DNA of 64,000 nucleotides from an uncultured Gemmatimonadales bacterium (GTDB lineage: Bacteria > Gemmatimonadota > Gemmatimonadetes > Gemmatimonadales > GWC2-71-9), in NCBI GenBank assembly GCA_963748035.1, contig CAVVHO010000006.1:144176-208175 (forward strand), given 5' to 3'. Every line of letters starts with the position of its first letter. The stretch's first letter is position 1. The notes beneath the pieces were generated by a model. That model saw only the letters and a list, made by a program, of their open reading frames with translations, was not told where the DNA came from and searched no databases. Shown in pieces: positions 41,444 through 51,800 of the stretch. A program made the position numbers and the translations under genes.

Positions 41444-41467
41444 CGGAGTTAGTGGAAGATCGCTGTT

Positions 41468-41583
41468 CGTCCGCCATCCGCCATCCGCCATCCGCCATCG
41501 GACCTAAAAAGTGCAGAGCTCATTGGCCTCCGGTGAGTTCGGACTCCTTGAGCCATTGCCCCGACGGCGGACGGCGGAAGGCG
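41468..41583. repeat. Inverted heptamer arrays (CCGCCAT x4 ... GACGGCG/GAAGGCG)
   Basis: cgtccgccatccgccatccgccatccgccatcgg (41468-41500) and cgacggcggacggcggaaggcg (41561-41583). Confidence 0.85.
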
Positions 41584-41585
41584 CA

Positions 41586-42032
41586 TCACTCCCGATCCTT
41601 CACCCTTCTCCGATCCGCTACCCGCCGCACCAGTTTGAGTCCGGACCAGGTCTCATCAACCGCGCACACCTTCACGTCCACCAGGCGATTGGCAAGAGCC
41701 AGTTCCCGTATCACACCCTCTGTCACGTCGGTCTCCAGCTTGGCTGCCTGCTTGGGCCAGGAGATCCAGACGGTGCCGTCGTCCTCGAGGGCGGCGGCGA
41801 TGGCCGGGAGCTTCTTGGCGAGGTCGGTCCGCCGAGTTACGAAACAGTGCACGAAGTCTGCCGACTTGGGGAGCCGAGTCGTCAGCGTCACTCCTCTCGG
41901 CAACGGCGTCACCACGCGCTCGTATGACCACGGGGCGCCAAGGACCACGACGCGCATCCCCGGTGCGAGACCGAGCTTCTGGGGAAGCGGGGTGGCGGAG
42001 TAGCCGGCCGAGCTGGAGCGCTGGGGAGGCAT
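41586..42032 (-). CDS. DUF3052-like protein
   Basis: 148 aa. The N-terminal SAGYSATPLPQKLGLAPGMRVVVLGAP and later WISWPKQ resemble the DUF3052 family as I remember it. Confidence 0.7.
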   Translation of the reverse strand: MPPQRSSSAGYSATPLPQKLGLAPGMRVVVLGAPWSYERVVTPLPRGVTLTTRLPKSADFVHCFVTRRTDLAKKLPAIAAALEDDGTVWISWPKQAAKLETDVTEGVIRELALANRLVDVKVCAVDETWSGLKLVRRVADRRRVKDRE

Positions 42033-42036
42033 GGAG

Positions 42037-42154
42037 TAGCCGTTAGCCGTTAGCCGTTAGCCGTTAGCCGTTAGCCGTTAGCCGTTAGCCGTTAGCCGTT
42101 AGCCGTTAGCCGTTAGCCGTTAGCCGTTAGCCGTTAGCCGTTAGCCGTTAGCCG
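42037..42154. repeat. Perfect tandem array of about 17 x TAGCCGT (GCCGTTA)
   Basis: I see no substitutions across 118 nt. It begins 5 nt from the start codon of the DUF3052-like gene. Confidence 0.95.
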
Positions 42155-42226
42155 AGGCTGGTTTGACGATTGGTTGAGTCAAGTCTTGCACTTTCGCTCT
42201 GCCTCAAACTGAGATCTGGACCAACT

Positions 42227-42589
42227 ATGCGCGACTTCAGAGAACTAAGAGTGTGGCAGGCTGGACATCAAATCGCTCTGGACATGTACAAGGTAACCGC
42301 AGCGTTTCCTCGGGCAGAAATCTACGGCATCACCTCTCAGATCCGACGGTCGGCCGTCTCCATCTCAGCAAACATCGCCGAAGGCTCCGGTCGTCACACG
42401 GACCCCGAGATGCGCCGATTCCTGATCATCGCGCACGCGTCAGCAACCGAACTAGAGTGCCTGATGGTGCTGGCAGGTGACCTGGGTTACCTCTCCGACC
42501 GGAATCGTATGCCCTTGCTCAGACAGGTTCAGGATCTGAGACGGATGCTGAACGGATTTATCCGCCGCCTACGTCGCACGCCGCAGTAG
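42227..42589 (+). CDS. Four-helix-bundle protein (23S rRNA intervening-sequence protein / Avd-like family)
   Basis: Starts at ATG 42227. MRDFRELRVWQAGHQIALDMYKVTAAFPRAEIYGITSQIRRSAVSISANIAEGSGR...ASATELECLMVLAGDLGYL is the hallmark pattern of this family. Confidence 0.87.
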   Translation: MRDFRELRVWQAGHQIALDMYKVTAAFPRAEIYGITSQIRRSAVSISANIAEGSGRHTDPEMRRFLIIAHASATELECLMVLAGDLGYLSDRNRMPLLRQVQDLRRMLNGFIRRLRRTPQ

Positions 42590-42615
42590 GTGAACGTAAA
42601 CCGTGCAGCTATGCC

Positions 42616-42737
42616 TACCGGCTATCGGCTAGCGGCCGCCCAAGGTTGCTTCCTGCCAAGGAACCACAGGCAACATGCTTCAAGCTAACGGCTAACGGCT
42701 AACGGCTAATGGCCAACTGCCAATTGGCTAACGGCCA
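42616..42737. repeat. Heptamer arrays complementary to the 42037-42154 array (CGGCTAT; TAACGGC/TAATGGC)
   Basis: ccggctatcggctagcggcc (42616-42637) and gctaacggctaacggctaacggctaatggccaactgccaattggctaacggcc (42684-42737). Confidence 0.88.
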
Positions 42738-42759
42738 CCGGCGCTCAGCGGACGGCCCA

Positions 42760-43419
42760 TCATACCACCCACCCATCCTTCAACTGCACCACCCGATTCC
42801 CGACCCTCGCGTTCTCTTCCGAGTGCGTCACCTGAACGATCGTCGTCCCTTCCTTATTGAGGCGACTGAACAGTTCCATGATCTCCTTGCCCTGCGCAGA
42901 GTGGAGATTGCCGGTGGGCTCGTCGGCGAGGAGCAGCGGCGGGCGGGCGATAACCGCCCGCGCAACCGCCACCAGTTGCTGCTGGCCGCCGGAGAGCTGG
43001 CGGGGGTAGAGATCCTTCTTGCCCACGATGTGGAACCGGTCCAGCGTGTCGGCGACGAGGGCGGCGCGCTCCGATCCTTTCACGTCACGGTAGCTGAGCG
43101 GCACATCGAGATTCTCCGCCACGGTGAGATCGTCCAGCAGGTGGTACTGCTGAAAGACGAAGCCCACACTCTGCCGCGCGAGGTTGTTCCGCTCCTTCGG
43201 CTTGAGCGCATTGACTTCCTGGTCCCTGAGCCAGTACTGGCCGGTGTATTCCGCGTCGAGCATGCCGAGTATGGCGAGCAGGGTGGACTTGCCCGCGCCG
43301 GAAGGCCCCATGATCGTCACGAACTCACCTTGCTGGATGGTGAGATCGATTCGCCGCAGGATGAACGTGGGCGACGGTTTGGTGTCCAGGGACTTCTCGA
43401 GGTTCACGAGGCGGATCAA
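42760..43419 (-). CDS. ABC transporter ATP-binding protein (MacB/LolD/FtsE type)
   Basis: 219 aa. Walker [10 protein letters not shown], signature [14 protein letters not shown], Walker [12 protein letters not shown]. Confidence 0.9.
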   Translation of the reverse strand: MIRLVNLEKSLDTKPSPTFILRRIDLTIQQGEFVTIMGPSGAGKSTLLAILGMLDAEYTGQYWLRDQEVNALKPKERNNLARQSVGFVFQQYHLLDDLTVAENLDVPLSYRDVKGSERAALVADTLDRFHIVGKKDLYPRQLSGGQQQLVAVARAVIARPPLLLADEPTGNLHSAQGKEIMELFSRLNKEGTTIVQVTHSEENARVGNRVVQLKDGWVV

Positions 43420-43455
43420 GCTGGGGCTCCGGGTGTAGTCGAATGGTTGGGTTTG

Positions 43456-43654
43456 GCCGTCAGCCTATAGCCTCTAGCCGTCAGCCGTCAGCCGTCAGCC
43501 GTTAGCCGTTAGCCGTTAGCCGTTAGCCGTTAGCCGTTAGCCGTTAGCCGTTAGCCGTTAGCCGCCCGGTGACGGTGGTTACGCAGAGGTCGCAAACGCA
43601 AGTGTTTTGCCTAATGGCTAACGGCTAATGGCTAACGGCTAGTGGCTAACGGCC
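43456..43654. repeat. Heptamer arrays (GCCGTCA x3, GCCGTTA x about 9) with an inverted partner (TAATGGC/TAACGGC)
   Basis: 43456-43565 is the direct array and 43610-43654 is complementary to it. Confidence 0.92.
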
Positions 43655-43677
43655 ATCACATTGCCCAACACACCGCC

Positions 43678-46104
43678 TCACTCCGCCCTCAGCGCCTCTA
43701 CCGGATCCATCAACGTCGCGCGCCGGGCCGGCACATAGGTCGCAACCACGGTCACCAGCACCAGCAGCGCCGAGATCAGCACGAAGGTGAGCGGATCGGT
43801 CGCGCTGACGTTGTAAAGCAGGCCGCGGAGGATACGGGTGAGCGCGAGCGCGGCGACCAGGCCAATGGCGACGCCGGTCAGCGCGAGGCGCATCCCCTGC
43901 CCCAGCACCAGGCCTAGCACCTCACGCGCGCCGGCTCCGAGGGCGACGCGCACGCCGAGCTCCTTGGCACGCTGGGTGACGGTGTAGGACATCACCCCGT
44001 ACAAACCGATCGCGGCAAGCCCCACCGCCAGCAGCGAGAAGGTGCCGAGCAGCAGCATCGAAAAGCGCCGCGGCCCCGTGGTTCCGTCGATCAGCTCCTC
44101 CATGGTGCTCACGCCAGACACCGGCAGTTCGGGATCCACCGACGCGACCGCGGCCTTGAGCGCGGCGATGCTGGCCTTGGGGTCGCCCGTAGTTCGTACG
44201 GCATAGGCCATGAACGGGAGGCCGTTCTGCTTGAGTGGGAAGTACAGCTGCACCCGGGGCTGGGCATCCAGTCCCTCGTGCATCGTGTGGCTGACCACGC
44301 CCACTACCTCGATCCACTGAATCGTCGAGTCAGTGAGGTTGTTGAACGTGATCCGCTTGCCGATGGGATCGTCCTTGGGCCAGTAGCGGCGCACCATCTC
44401 CTCGTCCACGACCACGACCGCTCGGCTGTCACGGGTATCCTGTTCGTTGAGCTGGCGGCCCTTGATAAGCCGGGCGTCGAGCGTCGGCAGGAAACTCGGG
44501 GTGACCGTGCGCATGTCGCCCCACGGACCGGGGGCATTGGCCGGCGTTTGGTAGCCTTCGACGCTGAAGCTGGCGGTTGACCACGAACCGCCGAACGGCA
44601 GGACCGAGGTACCGCCGGCATTCGTGACGCCCGGAACCGCGCTGATCGCGGCGGTAACCCGCTCGAGCGCGGCGATCTGGACGGTGTCGTTGGCATACTT
44701 GACCGACGGCAAAGCGACATTGAAGGTGAGGAGATGATCCGGCCTGAATCCCGGATCCACCCCAACCAGCCGGGCGAAGCTCCGAACCAGGAGACCGGCG
44801 CCGGCGAGCAGCATCAGCGCCAGGGCAACCGTGGACACTACCAGCCCACGACGGAGCGCCAGCCCCGAGCGATCCCCGGCTGAGCCGCGGCCGCCTTCCT
44901 TCAGCGTCTCCTGCAGACTGGTCCGCGCCACCCGAACCGCCGGGGCCATTCCAAAGATCAATCCGGTCACCAGCGACAAGAGCAGCGTGAATCCGAGCAC
45001 CTTCGCATCGAGATGGATATCGCCTGCCGGCGGGAGGTTGCCGCCATTGAGCGAGAGCAACGCGGGGACCCCCCATATCGCGAGAAGCAGACCCAGCAGG
45101 CCTCCGGCGAGTGCCAGCATCACGCTCTCGGTCAGCAATTGCCGCATCAGGGCGACGGGAGACGCACCCAGTGCCACGCGGACCGCGATCTCCCGCGCCC
45201 GGCCGGCGGCTCGCGCCAGCTGCAGGCTGGCCACGTTGGCACAGGCGATGAGCAGTACCAGCCCCACGGCGCCCAGCATGTAGTAGAGCGCCTGGCGAAG
45301 CGGCCCGCGCGCCTTTTCGTTCAGCGTGGTCATCAGGAGGCCCCAGTCGGGGCTGAAACGGTTAGGGTTGTCGGTGCGGAGTCGCAACCCAAAGGCGGCC
45401 ATGTCGGCGCTCGCCTGCTCGAACGAAACCCCAGGCCGAAGCCGGCCGGTGAACGCGAGGAATTCGTTGGTCCACATGTTTGGGTCCTTGAGCCGCTCGG
45501 GAAAGACGAGCGGCACCCAGAACTCCGACCGGCGACCGAAGAAGTCCCGGAAGCTGCTCGGCATCACGCCGACGATCTCATAGCTCTCGCCATCCAGATT
45601 GAGCTTCTGCCCGATCGCATTGGGATCCCCGCCCAGAACCCGCTGCCACATCCCGTTGCTCAGTACCACAACCTTGTTATGGCCGGCCTCGGCCTCGTCC
45701 GGTCGGATCACCCGTCCCAGCGCTGGCTGAACGCCGTAGGTGGGGAAGAAGTCGCCCGAGATCTGAGTGCCCTGGACCCGAACTGGATCCCCCCGACCGG
45801 TGAGGCTCGGTAGCCATCCATTCTCGACCGCGGCGCGCTCGAAGGTCTGTGTCTGCTGTTGATACGCCAGGAAACCCGCGACCGACACCGACGCCTTCAG
45901 ATCGTTGAGACTCGGGTAGTGATGCTCCAGCGTCACCAGCCGATCCGGCTCCCGATACGGCAGTTCCCGGAGCAGGACGGCATTGATCACCGAGAAAATC
46001 GCCGAGTTGGCACCGATCCCGAGCCCGAGAATCAAGATCGCCACGGTGGTAAAGCCGGGGCTCTTCCGGAGGGTGCGGAGGGCGTATTTGATGTCTTGGG
46101 TCAT
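43678..46104 (-). CDS. ADOP-family duplicated ABC permease (two MacB_PCD/FtsX modules)
   Basis: 808 aa. The N-terminus MTQDIKYALRTLRKSPGFTTVAILILGLGIGANSAIFSVINAVLL is the canonical ADOP/MacB-like start. A second FtsX module is at the C-terminus. Confidence 0.9.
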   Translation of the reverse strand: MTQDIKYALRTLRKSPGFTTVAILILGLGIGANSAIFSVINAVLLRELPYREPDRLVTLEHHYPSLNDLKASVSVAGFLAYQQQTQTFERAAVENGWLPSLTGRGDPVRVQGTQISGDFFPTYGVQPALGRVIRPDEAEAGHNKVVVLSNGMWQRVLGGDPNAIGQKLNLDGESYEIVGVMPSSFRDFFGRRSEFWVPLVFPERLKDPNMWTNEFLAFTGRLRPGVSFEQASADMAAFGLRLRTDNPNRFSPDWGLLMTTLNEKARGPLRQALYYMLGAVGLVLLIACANVASLQLARAAGRAREIAVRVALGASPVALMRQLLTESVMLALAGGLLGLLLAIWGVPALLSLNGGNLPPAGDIHLDAKVLGFTLLLSLVTGLIFGMAPAVRVARTSLQETLKEGGRGSAGDRSGLALRRGLVVSTVALALMLLAGAGLLVRSFARLVGVDPGFRPDHLLTFNVALPSVKYANDTVQIAALERVTAAISAVPGVTNAGGTSVLPFGGSWSTASFSVEGYQTPANAPGPWGDMRTVTPSFLPTLDARLIKGRQLNEQDTRDSRAVVVVDEEMVRRYWPKDDPIGKRITFNNLTDSTIQWIEVVGVVSHTMHEGLDAQPRVQLYFPLKQNGLPFMAYAVRTTGDPKASIAALKAAVASVDPELPVSGVSTMEELIDGTTGPRRFSMLLLGTFSLLAVGLAAIGLYGVMSYTVTQRAKELGVRVALGAGAREVLGLVLGQGMRLALTGVAIGLVAALALTRILRGLLYNVSATDPLTFVLISALLVLVTVVATYVPARRATLMDPVEALRAE

Positions 46105-46130
46105 GTTAGAGTCCTCGAGAAATGCTGATT

Positions 46131-46312
46131 AGCCGTCCGCCGTCCACTAACCGTCCGCCATCCGCCGTCCACCAACCGCCGTCCGCCATCCGCCATCCGC
46201 CATCCGCCGTACGCCGTCCAATGCTGCCTGCTAAGACAGAGCTCTGTTACCTAGATCCGTCGGCGGTCGGCGGAAGGCGGTCGGCGGTCGGCGGAAGGCG
46301 GACGGCGGTTCG
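46131..46312. repeat. Inverted heptamer arrays (CCGTCCG/CCATCCG ... CGGCGGT/CGGAAGG)
   Basis: The 46131-46219 and 46257-46312 arrays are complementary. The loop contains the small palindrome acagagctctgt. Confidence 0.88.
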
Positions 46313-46329
46313 GCTACCGGCCATCAGCC

Positions 46330-48786
46330 TCACTCAGACCTCAACGCCACCATCGGCTCCACCTTCGCCGCCCGCCTCGCTGGGAGCCAGCTTGCACCCA
46401 GCGTGAGCGCGGCGAATCCGAGCGGCACCATGACATACGTCGTCGGATCAATCGGTGAGAGCCCGTAGAGAAAGCCGCGCGCCAGCAACGCCACTGGCAA
46501 TGCCAGCACTATTCCCACGCCGATCCCGATGGCGACCAGGCGCATCGCGTCGCGGACGACGAGAGTCACTACCTCACGGCCGCGGGCGCCGAGCGCCATG
46601 CGGATACCGATCTCGCGCACCCGCTGGCTCACTCCGAACGCCACGACACCGGCCACCCCCAGGCTCGTCAGGATCAGTCCGAGCAGGCCGAGGAGGCCCA
46701 GCACCGCTCCGGCGACCCGTGCCGGCAGCAGGGAAACACCGATATGCTCTTCCAGCGTGCTTACCCCATCGATCGGGAGTGACGGATCGAGTGAGTGAAC
46801 GGCCGCACGCACCGGCGCCACCAGAGTTCTGGGATCGACCCCACTCCGTGCCACCAGGGTGAACTGCTCGCTGCCAGTCTGATTCAGCGGCAGGTACATG
46901 AATGGCGTAGGGGAGTCGCCCAGCGACTGGTACTTTCCGTCGCGCGCGATGCCCACCACCTCGAGGTATGGACCCTCCGACCCGTGGATGCTGACCCGAT
47001 GAGTCAGCCCGTTGGATCCCGGCCAGTACTTCTTCACGAAGCTCTCGTTTACAACCACAACTCCAGCCGAACCATCACGGTCTGCCGGGGTGAACCCGCG
47101 TCCGGCCGCGAGCGGTACCTCGAGGGCCTCGAAGTAGCCGTCACTGACATTACTCCACGACACTTCCCGGTCCTCGCCGGTCGCGCTCTGGTATCCCTCC
47201 ACATCGATCGAACGCCGGCCCCCCATCAGCGAGAGCGGCATCACGGAAGTCAGCGCGACCGCCGTAACGCCGGGAATCGCGGCCACCCGTTCACGCAGCT
47301 CCCCTTGGAACTGCACAACGCGGGCGTGGGAATACCGGTTCAGGCCCAAATCGAGATTGAGCAGGATTCCGCGGCGGGCCCCGAACCCTGGATCGATAGC
47401 GGTGGCTTCGCGGAGACTCCGGAGAAAGAGGCCGGCGCCAATGAGCAGCACCAGTGAAAGCCCGACTTGGAGCACCACGAAGAGGTTGCGGAGGCGGGAA
47501 CGATGGGACCCGCCGGTGGGCGAGGCGTCCTTGAGACTGGGCAGGAGCGATGGACGCGACACCTGTAGCGCCGGGGCCAGGCCCACCAGGCACCCGGCCA
47601 GGCAGGTCACGACAGCGACAAAGAGAAAGACCCGCGCGTCGGGATGGGCATCGAGTTGAATCGGGATCGGAAGCGGTGGGCGGTATTGCCCGATAGCAGC
47701 GGTGAGCCAGACAGACAACCCGAGTCCCGCGGCGCCACCCAATCCGGCGAGCACCAGGTTTTCAACCAGCAGCTGACGGATCAGGCGCCCTCGACCGGCT
47801 CCGAGCGCAAGGCGAACGGCGAACTCCCTGCCTCGCACCGCCGTTCGCGCCATCACCAGATTCGCGAGATTGGCACAGGCTATGAGCAGCACCAGGCCGA
47901 CCATCACGGCGAGCAATGCCCCTGCGCCAAGTACAGGGCCCCTGATCATCGGAAGTACCCGAACCTCCGATTCCGGCAACACCGTGATCGAGCGACCGGT
48001 GCCCTTGATGTTCCGCCAGAAGTCGGGGTGTTCCGCAAACATCCGGGTCGCGAACACTGCCGTCTCCGCCCGCAGCCCGGCAAGCGTGGCACCCGGGCGC
48101 AACCTCCCGTAGACCAATGTGCCCCGGGACCCGCGCGACGTGAACGCGTCACTCCCCGGCCGGAGCACTGGGTCCATCGAGAATGGAACCCAAGCCCCTT
48201 CGGTGACGCCACGCAGGAGCCCGCGATATCCCGGCGCGGCGACCCCGACCACCGTGAACGCCTCACCCCCGAGCTTGATCGTATGACCCACCACCCCGGT
48301 GTCACTGCCGAAAAACGTGGTCCACAGCCCATGGCTCAACACCACCGTCGGAGGCCCTCCGGCCTGCATCTCCTCCGCGCTGAAGCCTCGGCCGATCTGG
48401 AGCGGAACCTGAAGCACCCGGAAATAGTCTCCGGCCACGAAACTGGCGAGAATCCGCTGACTCTCGCTCCCCTCCCGGCTCACCGATGTCGGTTGCAGCG
48501 ACATCCCAGTCAGGCCCGAGAGCGACGGCAACCCAACAGCCATGTCCTGATAGTCGGGATGCGACGACGCCCCATACTCGCCGTGACTGAAGTCGTCGGT
48601 GTAGATCGCGACTAGACGATCCGGTTCGGGAACTGGGAGGGGCTGGAAGAAGAGGGTGTTGAGCAGACTCGCGATGGTCGCGTTGCCGGCTATGCCCAGA
48701 CCCAGGGTCATGATCGCCACGAGCGAGAAGCCGGGACTCTTGCGGAGTTGGCGGAAGGCGTGGCGGAGGTCTTGGGTCAGGGTCAT
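46330..48786 (-). CDS. ADOP-family duplicated ABC permease (second copy)
   Basis: 818 aa. N-terminus MTLTQDLRHAFRQLRKSPGFSLVAIMTLGLGIAGNATIASLLNTLFF, with a second FtsX module at the C-terminus. Confidence 0.9.
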   Translation of the reverse strand: MTLTQDLRHAFRQLRKSPGFSLVAIMTLGLGIAGNATIASLLNTLFFQPLPVPEPDRLVAIYTDDFSHGEYGASSHPDYQDMAVGLPSLSGLTGMSLQPTSVSREGSESQRILASFVAGDYFRVLQVPLQIGRGFSAEEMQAGGPPTVVLSHGLWTTFFGSDTGVVGHTIKLGGEAFTVVGVAAPGYRGLLRGVTEGAWVPFSMDPVLRPGSDAFTSRGSRGTLVYGRLRPGATLAGLRAETAVFATRMFAEHPDFWRNIKGTGRSITVLPESEVRVLPMIRGPVLGAGALLAVMVGLVLLIACANLANLVMARTAVRGREFAVRLALGAGRGRLIRQLLVENLVLAGLGGAAGLGLSVWLTAAIGQYRPPLPIPIQLDAHPDARVFLFVAVVTCLAGCLVGLAPALQVSRPSLLPSLKDASPTGGSHRSRLRNLFVVLQVGLSLVLLIGAGLFLRSLREATAIDPGFGARRGILLNLDLGLNRYSHARVVQFQGELRERVAAIPGVTAVALTSVMPLSLMGGRRSIDVEGYQSATGEDREVSWSNVSDGYFEALEVPLAAGRGFTPADRDGSAGVVVVNESFVKKYWPGSNGLTHRVSIHGSEGPYLEVVGIARDGKYQSLGDSPTPFMYLPLNQTGSEQFTLVARSGVDPRTLVAPVRAAVHSLDPSLPIDGVSTLEEHIGVSLLPARVAGAVLGLLGLLGLILTSLGVAGVVAFGVSQRVREIGIRMALGARGREVVTLVVRDAMRLVAIGIGVGIVLALPVALLARGFLYGLSPIDPTTYVMVPLGFAALTLGASWLPARRAAKVEPMVALRSE

Positions 48787-48806
48787 CTCGTGGTTCCTCG
48801 GAAGGG

Positions 48807-48930
48807 GCCGTTAGCCGTTAGCCGTTAGCCGTTAGCCGCTAGCCGTTAGCCGTTAGCCGGCCAGCCACCAGTGACGGGTCAAGAAGTCAACAGGTTCCAG
48901 CTAATGGCTAATGGCTAATGGCTAATGGCC
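48807..48930. repeat. Inverted heptamer arrays (GCCGTTA x about 7 ... TAATGGC x4)
   Basis: gccgttagccgttagccgttagccgttagccgctagccgttagccgttagcc ... ctaatggctaatggctaatggctaatggcc. Confidence 0.92.
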
Positions 48931-48937
48931 CGTCCCC

Positions 48938-49648
<711 letters not shown>

Positions 49649-49700
49649 GGGGACTCCGGTCAGGGGCAAGTTATCGGCGCACAGTTACAGATGGACACCA

Positions 49701-49801
49701 GGGGAACGGGGAACAGGGAACGGAAAGGGCACGAATGCCGGAGGTACCGAGAAGGCCAACGACGTTAGCTCCCGTTCCCTGTTCCCTGTTCCCCGTTCCC
49801 C
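49701..49801. repeat. Inverted heptamer arrays (GGGAACG/GGGAACA ... CCGTTCC/CTGTTCC)
   Basis: ggggaacggggaacagggaacgg (49701-49725) and cccgttccctgttccctgttccccgttcccc (49771-49801). The array ends 2 nt from the adaptor gene stop. Confidence 0.9.
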
Positions 49802-49803
49802 GA

Positions 49804-51048
49804 TCATTTCAGCCGAACCCTCTCCACCGCATCCCAGCGCGACATATCCGAAAGGATGACCACGTCGCCGGGGGCGAGGCCGCGTACGATCTCGATCGTA
49901 TTCACCGAGCTGCGTCCCAGCTGCACGCTCACCCGCTCGGCTTCGTTGGAGCCATTGATGATCCGGAACAGGCCCACCGTGGAGTTGGCCTGCCCGTACG
50001 CCGGCCGCCCGACATGCAGGACGTTGTTGAGCCGTTCGATCTCGATCGTCCCGTCCACGCTCAGGTCCGGCCGAGCGCCCGCTGGGAGCTTGTCCGTCAG
50101 GGTCACGTCCACGGTGACGGTGCCGTTGGAGGAGGCAGGATCGATACGCACGACGCGCCCGGCCACAATGCCGTTGCGGGTATCGATCGCCGCGGTCTGG
50201 CCAATCGCCACATCCTTCGCCTGGGTCTCCGGCACCCGGAGGACCGCCTTGAGTCGCTCCGGCTGAACCACCTTGGCGAGCGTGGCGCCCGAGATGGCCC
50301 ACTGCCCCACTTCGAGCGGCAGCTCCTGCAGCACACCGTCCGCGCCGGCGCGCACTACCATCGCGTCTACCAGCCCCTTCTGGAAGTCGGCAACCGACTT
50401 GAGCCGCGCGATCTGGGCTTCCTGCACGGTGAGCTGTGACTGGATGGTCTCGGTGAAGATGTGCAGCCGCTCCTGCTCCAACTTGAGCCGTTCGGTGAGC
50501 TCTTCGGCGCGATCGCGGGAACGGGCGTAGTCCGAGGTGGAGATCAGATCCTGGGCAGACAGGTCCGAGTCCGCAGCGGCCTTCCGCAGCGCCTCGCGGT
50601 ACTCCGACCGGATCGTCGCGACCGTCGCGGCCTGATTGAGTTGCTGGGTTTCGAGCTGCGTCTTGAGGGAAACCAGCTGCGCCTGCGCGTCAGTGAGCTG
50701 CCGCTGAGCCTGGAGCAACTGGATCTGCACGTCGGGATTGCTGAGCTCGAGCAGGATCGTCCCCGCCGTTACCCGCTCGCCTGGCTGGATCGGCTTCTTC
50801 TCCACCCGCCCGGGGGTCACCGCCGATACCCAGCGGATGTGCTCCGGCACCAGGCTCCCCGGTCCGCGCACCTCCCGCACCATGGGACCCTGCCGCACCG
50901 TATCCATCCAGAGGGTCCCCTGCTCCACCGATGGGGACGCGGGCTTGAGCCTGGAAAGCCCTACCGTGAGGAGCACGACGAGCCCCAGCCCACCCCCTAT
51001 ATAGAGGAAGCGCTTGCGGTCGGGTTTCTTTTCTCGGGCTATGTCCAC
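49804..51048 (-). CDS. HlyD/MacA-type periplasmic adaptor (membrane fusion protein)
   Basis: 414 aa. N-terminal TM anchor, a long coiled-coil (QIQLLQAQRQLTDAQAQLVSLKTQLETQQL), and a C-terminal beta-barrel region typical of MFPs. Confidence 0.88.
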   Translation of the reverse strand: MDIAREKKPDRKRFLYIGGGLGLVVLLTVGLSRLKPASPSVEQGTLWMDTVRQGPMVREVRGPGSLVPEHIRWVSAVTPGRVEKKPIQPGERVTAGTILLELSNPDVQIQLLQAQRQLTDAQAQLVSLKTQLETQQLNQAATVATIRSEYREALRKAAADSDLSAQDLISTSDYARSRDRAEELTERLKLEQERLHIFTETIQSQLTVQEAQIARLKSVADFQKGLVDAMVVRAGADGVLQELPLEVGQWAISGATLAKVVQPERLKAVLRVPETQAKDVAIGQTAAIDTRNGIVAGRVVRIDPASSNGTVTVDVTLTDKLPAGARPDLSVDGTIEIERLNNVLHVGRPAYGQANSTVGLFRIINGSNEAERVSVQLGRSSVNTIEIVRGLAPGDVVILSDMSRWDAVERVRLK

Positions 51049-51068
51049 GCGTTGGGCCTCTCGGGGAG

Positions 51069-51800
51069 CCGTTAGCCATTAGCCGTTAGCCATTAGCTAG
51101 AGGCATCCGGCGAGGGGCTCGTTCTAGGCCAGCGAACCTCCAGGTCCGCGGCTCACGGCTAGATGGCTAACGGCTAGATCGGCTAACGGCCGACGGCTAA
51201 CGGCAACCGCTATTGACCACGGCTGACGACTAGTCCTACAGGTAAGTTCCATGCCGCACCACTGCCACTCTGCACTCACCAACCGATGCCCCGGCCTGCA
51301 CTTACCCACCACGTTTCAGCGCTGCAACGCGCGAAGTGTGCGGTTATGGGATTCGCTGTCCCAGTTTCGGACGGGCGGACGGTCAGGACGGTCAAGACGG
51401 TCGCGACGGTCAAGACGGTCAAGACGGTCACGACGGTCAGACGGTCAGGCGGTCCGGCGGTCCAACGTGCCTCCCCCCGTTCTTACATCGTCCCCCAGCG
51501 AGATGTACCTTGGGCCCGGCCGCGGCCCTTCCAGCCATCAGTCATCAGCCGTCGTTGACAGCCGTTAGGGGACAGCCGTCAGCCGCCAGCCATCCGTGGC
51601 CAATTGGCCTATAGACGGATTGCGAGGCGGGAGGGTTGGAAGAGCCCGGCTACAGGCGGGAATGCCAATGACTGACGCTGCTCCTGACCGTTCCGACGCG
51701 ACGGTCGTGACGGCTAACGGCTGACCGCTAACGGCTGACGCTGACGGGCCTGCAAGCTGACGGCTGACGGCTGACGACGGCTAACGGCTAACGGCCAACC
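51069..51800. repeat. Repeat-dense gene-less spacer: GCCGTTA/GCCATTA, NACGGCT, a 9-mer array GACGGTCNN (51370-51472), and further GCCGT-type arrays
   Basis: Sub-arrays at 51069-51099, 51150-51208, 51370-51472, 51534-51600 and 51700-51800. Track ORFs here (for example 51251-51568, with RSRRSRRS) are translated repeat. Confidence 0.85.

Noticed and set aside
42037-43654. Possible CRISPR arrays, given the many short direct repeats
   Set aside because: The units are 7-9 nt (or 21 nt at 60605-60977) and directly abut one another without unique spacers. No cas genes are in the window. The arrays are not CRISPR.
51251-51568. 105-aa ORF with an RSRRSRRSRRSRRS tract, plus overlapping ORFs in the 51-kb spacer
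   Set aside because: The basic tract is simply the translated GACGGTCNN 9-mer array. Three overlapping frames are open, and there is no start context.
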